A stretch of 39,501 nucleotides of DNA from IMG/VR virus record IMGVR_UViG_3300010935_000210, positions 1-39,501 of that record. One strand, 5' to 3'. Source of the DNA: a virus. Positions 24,192 through 31,572 of the stretch are shown here, in pieces (the first letter of the stretch is position 1; the number at the start of each line of letters is the position of its first letter). The translations under genes were made by a program, and so were the position numbers. The notes beneath the pieces are model-generated. The model ran no database searches, was not told where the DNA came from, and worked only from the letters and a program-made list of their open reading frames with translations.

Positions 24192-24836
24192 ATGAATGAG
24201 AATAAAAAAATGACCGAAGCCGACGCGAAGGCACAAGAGGCTGAGGCGGTGGCTGCAACGGAAGCCAAGGCCAAAGCGGACGCCGAGGCGCAGCTTGAGG
24301 GCGATGCGGCAGCCAAGCTGAAAGCTGACATTGCCGCAGCAGATGTGCCGCCGATGGCTGATGCCGATGTAGCTGAGGCAAAAGCCAAGGCCAAAGCGGA
24401 CGCGCAGGCCAAAGAAGCAACAGACGCGCAGGCTGATGCTGACGCCAAAGCGCAGGCTGATGCCAAGGCATCGGTGCCCGCAGCTGGTGACGCGGCCAAG
24501 CTGAAGGCTGACATTGCCGAGGCGGGTGATAATGCCAAGGCCAAGGCAAATACATCGACCCATAAGAAGCCACGCAAGGCAAAAGATGCCGCGCCTTTGG
24601 ACGCGGGCAAGCTGCGCGAGCTGATTGCGGTGGTTGAGGCTGGCAACGTGCCAACCCAGCGCGGCAACCTGATCCACAGGCTGGAAACCGAGGAAGGCGC
24701 AAATCTGACCGATAGCGAGGGATTGGTGTCGATCACGCTGGCAGGCATCGCCCGCACGGCATCATCCGAGGCCAAGGCAATGGACCTGTGGTGCAGTGCC
24801 GCCCGGCGGGCCTGTCTGAACGGGGAGGCTATGTGA
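24192..24836 (+). CDS. Ala/Lys/Asp/Glu-rich low-complexity protein with a globular C-terminal domain (214 aa)
   Basis: RBS aggag. Internal DNA repeats: gccaaggccaaagcggacgc at 24264 and 24384, and gccaagctgaa(a/g)gctgacattgccg at 24312 and 24495. The protein repeats are AKAKADA and AAKLKADIA. Confidence 0.6.
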   Translation: MNENKKMTEADAKAQEAEAVAATEAKAKADAEAQLEGDAAAKLKADIAAADVPPMADADVAEAKAKAKADAQAKEATDAQADADAKAQADAKASVPAAGDAAKLKADIAEAGDNAKAKANTSTHKKPRKAKDAAPLDAGKLRELIAVVEAGNVPTQRGNLIHRLETEEGANLTDSEGLVSITLAGIARTASSEAKAMDLWCSAARRACLNGEAM

Positions 24837-25090
24837 TGGAAGAGCCAGTTGACCAGTATTCCGTCACTGCAGATGAACTGCGCGCTTTCATCGAGCGCGC
24901 CGAGCAGCTGATCTCGGAAAAAAAGGACATTGCCGAGCAGGAAAAGGAGTTGTTCGCAGAGGCAAAGGGCCGTGGGTATGACGGCACTATTTTGCGCAAG
25001 GTCATCGCCCTTCGCAGGCGTAAGCCAGACGACATTGCCGAAGAAGAGGCTGTGTTGGAATTGTACAAAACTGCCTTGGGGATGTCTTAA
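24836..25090 (+). CDS. gapR: GapR-like nucleoid-associated protein (DUF2312 family)
   Basis: LRAFIERAEQLISEKKDIAEQEKELFAEAKGRGYDGTILRKVIALRRRKPDDIAEEEAVLELYKTALG aligns closely, by recall, with Caulobacter GapR ([49 protein letters not shown]...EEDAILDLYLSAIG). Confidence 0.8.
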   Translation: MEEPVDQYSVTADELRAFIERAEQLISEKKDIAEQEKELFAEAKGRGYDGTILRKVIALRRRKPDDIAEEEAVLELYKTALGMS

Positions 25091-25093
25091 CCC

Positions 25094-25606
25094 ATGATCG
25101 AGTTGCGCACCTTTGATGATCTTGCGGCCATGGCGGTGTTTTCCCGCCTCGATCCATCTGACCGGATGGAGGCCGAGGTGACGCGGGGTGCGCCAACAAC
25201 CCATATCGCCTTGTTTGCGGAATGGCGATCCATGCAGCCGATAGCGGCGTTGTCTTATATCGCGTCGGTCGATGGGCAATCCTTTGCCCTGCTGATGTTG
25301 GTTAAAACGGGGCAGTTCGGCGTGGCCAGCGCGGCCTTGCTGGCCCGTGACCATGCCCGCTATCGCCGCCCGCTTGCGCAGTTTGCAAGCGCGATCCGCC
25401 GGGGCATGCCCGAATACTGTGCCACCCACGGCATCCGCCGCATCGAAGCCCGTGCTTGGGCAGATCATCCCACCGCGTCGGGCTTGCTGGCCGCGTTGGG
25501 CTTTCACCATGAAACTGACATGCCCGGTTTCGGGCCTGCCGGTACCGACATTTTCCGGCAGTTTGCCTGGCTGCCATCTGTTCCCCAAACCCACCCCCAA
25601 CCATAG
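25094..25606 (+). CDS. GNAT-fold-like protein (possible acetyltransferase, degenerate motifs)
   Basis: The C-terminal GIRRIEARAWADHPTASGLLAALGFHHE resembles the GNAT beta-alpha (N-x-x-A-x-x-L-Y-x-x-x-GF) element. No clear R/Q-x-x-G-x-G/A motif is present. Confidence 0.35.
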   Translation: MIELRTFDDLAAMAVFSRLDPSDRMEAEVTRGAPTTHIALFAEWRSMQPIAALSYIASVDGQSFALLMLVKTGQFGVASAALLARDHARYRRPLAQFASAIRRGMPEYCATHGIRRIEARAWADHPTASGLLAALGFHHETDMPGFGPAGTDIFRQFAWLPSVPQTHPQP

Positions 25607-25617
25607 GAGCCAACCCC

Positions 25618-25806
25618 ATGTGTTTCTCGAAAAAGACCCCTACCTTTGCCCCTGTTCAGGTTGCATCTGTCGACAGCGCAGAGGCTGTGCAGCAGGCCGA
25701 CCTTGAAGCTCGCTTGCGCCGCCGCCGCAGTGGGGCGGCGGCCAATGTGCTGACCGGCGCATCGGGCATTCCTTACACCCCGACACTGGGCGGGGTGGCG
25801 CAATGA
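25618..25806 (+). CDS. Small conserved-looking protein upstream of portal (62 aa)
   Basis: Strong RBS (taggag). Arg-rich segment LRRRRSGAAANVLTG. ATGA-coupled to the portal gene. Confidence 0.5.
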   Translation: MCFSKKTPTFAPVQVASVDSAEAVQQADLEARLRRRRSGAAANVLTGASGIPYTPTLGGVAQ

Positions 25807-27473
25807 ACGCTATGACCAGCACCGCCCTGTCGGGTGACACCATGGCCTTTACCGAGGCCGAGCGCCGCTGGAACGAGCTGAAAGGCGCGCGCAGCCAGCA
25901 TGAGGCTTTGTGGCGTGATATTGCCACGTTGATGCGGCCACAACGCGGCGGATTTGGCCAGGACAACCCGAAGGATCGGCAGCTAGAGCGCCCACTGTCC
26001 AGCGCGCCGATCCATGCCCAAAGCAGCTTTTCCGCTGGCCTTTATGGCACGTTGACCAATCCCGCCAATAAGTGGTTCGGGTTTGAAACCAATGATGAGG
26101 ATGTGAACAAGTGGCATGCGGGCAAAATGTGGCTGGATACATGCAGCCGCATTGTGTTGGGCAGTTTCATGCCCGCTGTCAGCCCGTTCTACACCGCCGC
26201 CACACAGGTGTTTTCGGATCTGGCCAGCTTTGGCAACGCCGCGCAATATGACGAGCTGGTGACCAGCGAAAAGAAAATCCTTGATGTTACCTTGTCGCTG
26301 TCCGAGGTCGTCTATGACATCGATGGCTTCGGGCGAGTTTGCGAAGTGGTGCGCAGGTTTCGTCTGACGGCCAGCAAAGCCCTGTCGATGTTTCAAAAGA
26401 CAGGCGATGCGCTGCCCGCAAAGCTGACCGAGATGGCCCAAAAGGGCGACATTGCCGAGGTCGTGTTTTATCACCATGTGATGAAAAACGATGCGTGGCG
26501 CAAAGGCATGCTGGGCGTCAAAGGCAAGGCGTGGATGTCGCGCTATTCCTGCGAAATGGAAGGGGCGACTGTACGTCTTGCGGGCTATGACGAAATGCCG
26601 TTCTTTGCCCCCCGTTGGGAGGTGGAGACCGGCCAGACCTACGGGCTTGGCCCCGGCTTTGTCGCCCTGTCATCTGCCAAGGCCCACAACCGGATGGACG
26701 ATGCGACGTTGCGGGCAGCCCAACGCGCCGCTGACCCCACCATCCTTGCCCCCGATCGGGGCGATTGGCCGCTGGAAGGTCGCATCCGCCCCGGGTCGGT
26801 GATCTATGGCGCCGTAGATACGCAGGGCCGCGCGATGCTGCGCCCGATGGATTTGACCACAGGGGCGTTTAACCTGACCTTGCAGGAAAAGCAGGCCAAG
26901 CTGGGAGAGATCAAGGATGCATTCCACTACACGCTGATGCAGCTTTCTGGTCGTTCGGGCATGACGGCCACCGAAGTGATGACCATTCAGGAGGAACGAC
27001 AGCGCCTATGGGCACCGCATCAAGGCCGCGTGCAAGAGGAGTTCCTTGTGCTGAAGATCATGCGCCGCTTTGCCTTGCTGTGGCGCGCAGGCCAGATCCC
27101 GCCGCCGCCACCCGAGCTGGCAGGGTTGGAGCTGCGCGTGACGTATCTTTCCGCCGCCGCCGCTGCACAGCGCAGCACCGAAGGCAACGCCGCCTTGCGC
27201 GTGTTGGAGGACATCGCGCCGCTGATGCAGATCAAGCCGCGGCTTGGTGACCGGATTGATGAAGACGCTTTGCTAGAGGTTTTGGGCGATGCACGCGGCG
27301 CGCCGGCTAAAATCTTCCGGTCGCGTGAAGACGCGGACAAGCTGGGCGAGGCACGTGCGCAGGCCGAGCAGCAGGCGCAGGCCATGCAGATGGCGCAGGC
27401 CGGTGCAGGTGCCATGAAGGATATGGCCGGTGCAGCGGGCGCAATGCAGGCGGCAGAGGGGGGGGCGGTATGA
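25803..27473 (+). CDS. Portal (head-tail connector) protein
   Basis: 556 aa, a size like T7 gp8. Lies downstream of terL and upstream of the scaffold and capsid genes. Acidic, Ala-rich C-terminal tail. Confidence 0.75.
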   Translation: MNAMTSTALSGDTMAFTEAERRWNELKGARSQHEALWRDIATLMRPQRGGFGQDNPKDRQLERPLSSAPIHAQSSFSAGLYGTLTNPANKWFGFETNDEDVNKWHAGKMWLDTCSRIVLGSFMPAVSPFYTAATQVFSDLASFGNAAQYDELVTSEKKILDVTLSLSEVVYDIDGFGRVCEVVRRFRLTASKALSMFQKTGDALPAKLTEMAQKGDIAEVVFYHHVMKNDAWRKGMLGVKGKAWMSRYSCEMEGATVRLAGYDEMPFFAPRWEVETGQTYGLGPGFVALSSAKAHNRMDDATLRAAQRAADPTILAPDRGDWPLEGRIRPGSVIYGAVDTQGRAMLRPMDLTTGAFNLTLQEKQAKLGEIKDAFHYTLMQLSGRSGMTATEVMTIQEERQRLWAPHQGRVQEEFLVLKIMRRFALLWRAGQIPPPPPELAGLELRVTYLSAAAAAQRSTEGNAALRVLEDIAPLMQIKPRLGDRIDEDALLEVLGDARGAPAKIFRSREDADKLGEARAQAEQQAQAMQMAQAGAGAMKDMAGAAGAMQAAEGGAV

Positions 27474-27859
27474 GCGGTCTAACTTTCAAACAGAATTTGG
27501 ATCGAGAAGGCGAGTGGGTGGCCACGCTTGACGGTCATTTTAATGGCGTTGGCTGTTGCAAGGACAGCGCGGTGCGGAACCTGTATCTATGGATGAAAAA
27601 GCACCACGCCGAAAGACTTCAGGATCGCCAGCACATTTTCGATGCCTATCGGAAACCCAAGACAAAAAAGAATGTCGGTATGTCGCCAAACCTTATGACC
27701 ATCGAAGATGTCAAAAATAGCCAGTGGCGCGGTGAACCAATTGGGGAAATGGATCGAAATGAGCTTTTGCAGCTGATCGGTTCTCTGTTCGTTGCTATGG
27801 CTGTTGGCGATCGTGAACTCATTCACGCGCAAGCAGCCATCGCGGGTAAACGCCAATGA
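27470..27859 (+). CDS. Hypothetical protein (129 aa), lower-GC insert between portal and scaffold
   Basis: ATGA coupling at both ends. No recognisable motif. Confidence 0.5.
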   Translation: MSGLTFKQNLDREGEWVATLDGHFNGVGCCKDSAVRNLYLWMKKHHAERLQDRQHIFDAYRKPKTKKNVGMSPNLMTIEDVKNSQWRGEPIGEMDRNELLQLIGSLFVAMAVGDRELIHAQAAIAGKRQ

Positions 27860-28170
27860 TCTGGAACCGCATCCACCTATTGGCAGGCATCTTTGCCTTT
27901 TCCCAGCGCCGCGAGTTGGCCGACATCGCGCGGCGTTGGGGCAAGGCCGTGGCAACCCAGCCCGAGCTGCGTAGTGACCTGATCCGCATGGGCGGAGTGT
28001 TGTCGATCGAGCCCCGCCAGATCATCGCGGGCGTGCCCGAGGTCGAGGCGATTGACCCGCTGAAACAAGCATACGAGGCCGGGCGGCGTGACTTTGCCCT
28101 GCAACTTTTGGCCCTGTCTGGCCTGACCCATGACGATATGAACATTTTGATGGAGAACGACGATGAATAA
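27856..28170 (+). CDS. Bbp19-like small protein
   Basis: Pattern ...DLIRMGGVL...AYEAGRRDFALQLLALSGL... resembles the Bbp19-type proteins found near portal and scaffold genes in podoviruses. Assigned from memory. Confidence 0.4.
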   Translation: MIWNRIHLLAGIFAFSQRRELADIARRWGKAVATQPELRSDLIRMGGVLSIEPRQIIAGVPEVEAIDPLKQAYEAGRRDFALQLLALSGLTHDDMNILMENDDE

Positions 28171-29182
28171 ACGCTTTTGGCTCGCTGGCCTGTTGGCTGC
28201 CCCGATGATGTACCGCATGGCAGAAGGTGAAGGCGGGGCCGCCGTAGCAGATCCTGCCCCCGCCCCGGTTGTCGTTCCTGCCGCCGCTCCTGCCCCGGCC
28301 GCAGCGCCGAGTGCAGCAGCTGATCCAGCGCCCGCTGCGCCGCCAGCACCCGCCGCTGCGCCCTGGTACAAATCGGCCGACTATACCCCCGAAGAGCAGC
28401 AATGGTTGGCCGCAAAAGGTTTGGCCGTTGATGATAGCAATGAGATCCTTGCCAAATTGGTGCGTGGCCATCGCAGCGCCGAGCAGCGGATCGGCAAAGG
28501 TTTGGACAGCATTCTGGACAAACCTGCCAAGGGCCAATCCCATGCCGAATGGGCACGGGCCAATGCCGCGTCCCTTGGGCTGCCCGAAAAAGAAGATGGC
28601 TATGCCGTTGAGCCCCCTGATTTTTGGCCAAAGGACGCGCCATGGGACAGCGAGCTGGAAGGCAAGGCCCGCAAGCTGGCATTTGACATGGGCGTGTCGC
28701 CAGAAACCCATAAGGCATATGTTGGTCTGTTTGCCGAAAAGATGAAGGCGCTGGACGAAAGCTCTGCATTGGAATTGGAAAGTGCCAAGGCCAATATGAT
28801 GGCCGATCTGCAAAAGGACTTTGGGGCGCAGACAGACGCCAAAATGACGCAGGCACGCCAAGCAGCGCAGATGGTGGCTGAAAAGGCGGGGATCGATGCC
28901 GAGGGCATTGAACGGATCGGCAAGTTGCTGGCCAAAGATACCGGCGATGCCCAAGTGATCCGGTTTATGGCGGCGATAGGCGAAATGGCAGGCGAGGATA
29001 GCATGGTTCAGCCGCATGGCGGTGGCAGCCTGACCATGACACCAGCTGAAGGGCGCGCCGCCTATGAAAAGTTTATTGGACCGGACGGGGAATATGGCAA
29101 GGCATTCGCCGCAGGAGACACTGTGGCGATGCAAAAATTGAATGCGCGACGGACCCAGTTGGCAAAAATCGCAGCTGGCTGA
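28163..29182 (+). CDS. Scaffolding protein (339 aa)
   Basis: Lies between portal and capsid. Has a Pro/Ala-rich linker (APAPVVVPAAAPAPAAAP...), then a long charged helical region. RBS ggag lies 7 nt upstream. Confidence 0.55.
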   Translation: MNKRFWLAGLLAAPMMYRMAEGEGGAAVADPAPAPVVVPAAAPAPAAAPSAAADPAPAAPPAPAAAPWYKSADYTPEEQQWLAAKGLAVDDSNEILAKLVRGHRSAEQRIGKGLDSILDKPAKGQSHAEWARANAASLGLPEKEDGYAVEPPDFWPKDAPWDSELEGKARKLAFDMGVSPETHKAYVGLFAEKMKALDESSALELESAKANMMADLQKDFGAQTDAKMTQARQAAQMVAEKAGIDAEGIERIGKLLAKDTGDAQVIRFMAAIGEMAGEDSMVQPHGGGSLTMTPAEGRAAYEKFIGPDGEYGKAFAAGDTVAMQKLNARRTQLAKIAAG

Positions 29183-29212
29183 TACGCTAATTTCACTCTG
29201 TCAACTCTAAAT

Positions 29213-29241
29213 ATGCCCTGTCGCTGCGAGCGATGGGGCAT
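29213..29241 (+). terminator. Hairpin downstream of the scaffold gene
   Basis: ATGCCC-tg-TCGCT-gcg-AGCGA-tg-GGGCAT forms an 11-bp Watson-Crick stem plus two G-U pairs. It is followed only by aattt, a weak U tract. Confidence 0.4.
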
Positions 29242-29451
29242 AATTTGTGGCTAACCCCCTCTTGATCTTTTTTTGCCACGGTGTATGCCTAAGAGCGTTG
29301 GGCACCCTGATGTGCGGTTTCTGCACAAAAGGTCCGACTGACAGCGGGAACAGTACCGCCGCCCAGATGAGCGTATCAGCAGGCAGGGTCCGGTTGCCGG
29401 GCACCCCTTCCGAAAGAACCCAATCAATCGAGTTTTTTCAAGGAGGGGTCC

Positions 29452-30378
29452 ATGAACCCGGCTCTCGCTGTTCAACAGCATCACAAACTACAATATGCCT
29501 CGTCTGTACTTATGGTTGCCCAACAAAAGCGCGACCCGTTTGCCGCTGCGGTGACAGACGAAATGGCCAAAGGTGAAGCCCAATCCACCAATGACATTTA
29601 TGATGCTGGTGAATACGCCTATGGCGAGGATCGCAGCCGTCGCAACCCTGAAATGCCTGTCACTGGCAGCCGCCGCTGGCTGATCCGCCCGCCGGTTATC
29701 GAAAGCGGCCAGTATATCGATCATGAGGACAAGTTCGCCACCGCGACTGATCCGACATCCTCGATCGTAACCATCCACACCAACCGTGTGCGGCGCGGTA
29801 AGGCCGACCGCACGATGGGCATCCGCAAGATCGATGGTGTTTATCAGGTCGCTGATGGTGGCATTCTTGGCTATGCCACGGAGGGCAAGCGGGCAGAAAC
29901 CAAACTGGCCTTGCCAGCTAGCCAATATGTGCCTGTTGGCACCACGGGCTTGACCATCGCCAAACTGCGCGAGGCAAAGCTTGCGCTGAAACTGGCTGAG
30001 TTTGGCATGGAAGATGATGACCCGCTGTTTTGTGTCATTACCCCGAACCAAGAAGATGATTTGCTGGCGATTGCCGAAGCATCGGCCACCCCCTTGAACG
30101 CCTTTAACATCGATCAGCTACGTGAAGGCAAGCCGGGCCGCCTGATGGGCGTGACCTGGATCATGACCAACCGCGTGGCAGTGAATGACGCCGAGGACCG
30201 GCTGTGCCCGATCTTCAGCAAGTCGAACATCTCACGCGGTATCTGGCAAGACATCATGGGCGATATGTGGAACGACACTTCCGCCAAAAACAAGCCCTAT
30301 GCCTATGTCAACGCCTATATCGACTGTGTGCGCAACCAGGACAAAGGCGTTGTCGTGATCGAGTGCAAAGAGGTCTGA
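29452..30378 (+). CDS. Major capsid protein (HK97-fold expected)
   Basis: Best RBS in the window (aaggagg). 308 aa. Follows the scaffold gene, and a strong terminator lies one gene downstream. Confidence 0.7.
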   Translation: MNPALAVQQHHKLQYASSVLMVAQQKRDPFAAAVTDEMAKGEAQSTNDIYDAGEYAYGEDRSRRNPEMPVTGSRRWLIRPPVIESGQYIDHEDKFATATDPTSSIVTIHTNRVRRGKADRTMGIRKIDGVYQVADGGILGYATEGKRAETKLALPASQYVPVGTTGLTIAKLREAKLALKLAEFGMEDDDPLFCVITPNQEDDLLAIAEASATPLNAFNIDQLREGKPGRLMGVTWIMTNRVAVNDAEDRLCPIFSKSNISRGIWQDIMGDMWNDTSAKNKPYAYVNAYIDCVRNQDKGVVVIECKEV

Positions 30379-30446
30379 TGCCCGGACTGGCCCGCGCATA
30401 AGCGTCGGGCCGATCCCTTTCCCATTTCTTTGAAAGGAACAGCATC

Positions 30447-30905
30447 ATGGCTGTCGTCAAAACCAAATCTAACCTTTTTCCTGATCTTCAGGCTGGCGGT
30501 GTTACGCCTGATCCCGCACGGTCGCGCGGTCGCGCAATTTGTGTTGCCTTTGCTGTCGCCAATTTGGCAACCGACAGCAACCTGTCCAGCTATCACCTTT
30601 GTGACATCCCTGCGGATGCAATCCTCGACAGCCGCACCGCGTTCCTGGTCACCAACTGGGGCTTTGCCCAAATCAACATCGGCACCCGCACAGATGTTGA
30701 TGCGTTGGTCACGCAGACCAAAGCCACCGGCAACGTGGTCACACCCATTGCCTTTGGAGATGCCAAGCACGGCCTGCCCGCCTGGCAGGTGCTTGGCCTT
30801 GCCGCAGCCCCAGACGACGGTGTGATCGGGATATATGCCCATGCGTCTGCCGCCGCCACTAGTGCGGGCAGCATGAAGGGCGAGGTTCACTACCGCTTCC
30901 GCTGA
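30447..30905 (+). CDS. Capsid-associated protein (decoration or minor capsid candidate, 152 aa)
   Basis: Lies between the capsid gene and a strong terminator. Beta-rich sequence. Confidence 0.4.
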   Translation: MAVVKTKSNLFPDLQAGGVTPDPARSRGRAICVAFAVANLATDSNLSSYHLCDIPADAILDSRTAFLVTNWGFAQINIGTRTDVDALVTQTKATGNVVTPIAFGDAKHGLPAWQVLGLAAAPDDGVIGIYAHASAAATSAGSMKGEVHYRFR

Positions 30906-30921
30906 TCTGCGCAACCAATAA

Positions 30922-30953
30922 CCGGGGCCGGTTCTGGCCCCGGCTTTTCGTTT
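30922..30953 (+). terminator. Rho-independent terminator
   Basis: CCGGGGCC(30922-29) ggttct GGCCCCGG(30936-43), followed by CTTTTCGTTT. Confidence 0.8.
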
Positions 30954-30966
30954 CCCGAGGTCCGAT

Positions 30967-31572
30967 ATGTCCGCACCAACGCCCATTGCCGCCTCGACTA
31001 TTGCCGCAACGGCCTTTCGGTTGATGGAAATATCACCAATCAGCAGTTTTGGCGACGACACCGCGCAAGCGCAATCGGCCATTGAGCAATATCCCAACGC
31101 TATGGCCCAATGTCTCGAGGCCGCTGACTGGTCATTTGCATCCCAATTGGTCGCGTTGCCATTGGCCGCTTTGCCAGAAAACTGGATTGTTGATCCGACC
31201 TTGCCCAATTTGTTCAGGCTGCCCGGCGATCTGGTGATGATCCGCCAAGTGGGCGATAGCCCGGACACTGCTTGGCGGCGCGATCAGGGCTACATCTGGG
31301 CGGATGCTGCTGCCCCTTTGCGCTTGCGTTACACCAAACAGATCACGAATGAGGCGGCCCTGCCCGCCACGTTCCAGCTGGCCGTATCACATGCCCTTGC
31401 GCTGTTGCTGTCCCCTCAATGGATGGCCACTGCTTCCAAGCAGAACGAGTTGGAGCGTCGTGGCGAAAAAATCTTGAAAAATGCCATGCGCCAAGACAGC
31501 CGCATGGCCAGCCCTATGCGCTATGATGGCCGCCCGATGGACGGTGACTGGGCCACGGAGGCACGGTATTGA
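30967..31572 (+). CDS. Tail tubular protein A / adaptor-like (201 aa)
   Basis: Size and position match T7 gp11 (196 aa). RBS gaggt. Confidence 0.5.
   Translation: MSAPTPIAASTIAATAFRLMEISPISSFGDDTAQAQSAIEQYPNAMAQCLEAADWSFASQLVALPLAALPENWIVDPTLPNLFRLPGDLVMIRQVGDSPDTAWRRDQGYIWADAAAPLRLRYTKQITNEAALPATFQLAVSHALALLLSPQWMATASKQNELERRGEKILKNAMRQDSRMASPMRYDGRPMDGDWATEARY

Noticed and set aside
24264-24519. Repeated 20-25-mers considered as a CRISPR-like or tandem-repeat array
   Set aside because: The repeats are in frame inside a coding region and encode duplicated AKAKADA / AAKLKADIA peptide segments. They lack uniform spacing and unique spacers.
24176-25600. 474-aa minus-strand ORF, the longest antisense ORF in the window
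   Set aside because: It lies antisense to four plus-strand genes with recognisable products, including the GapR homologue. Its composition is Ala/Arg/Gly/Pro-rich shadow typical of GC-rich coding DNA, and it has no RBS or coupling pattern.
28250-28370. Pro/Ala-rich DNA low complexity in the scaffold gene (likewise 18950-19030 and 36500-36700)
   Set aside because: These are coding linkers (APAPAAAP and PEPKPEPK types) within well-supported ORFs, not independent repeat elements.
27819-29134. Minus-strand ORFs 27819-28856 (345 aa) and 28022-29134 (370 aa)
   Set aside because: They overlap each other and the scaffold gene. They are shadow frames of a GC-rich plus-strand gene.
29452-30905. T7 gene 10A/10B-style -1 frameshift fusing the capsid to the downstream 152-aa ORF
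   Set aside because: The downstream ORF is in the -1 frame relative to the capsid gene. However, that frame contains a TAA at 30399-30401 before the ORF begins, so no continuous fusion frame exists.
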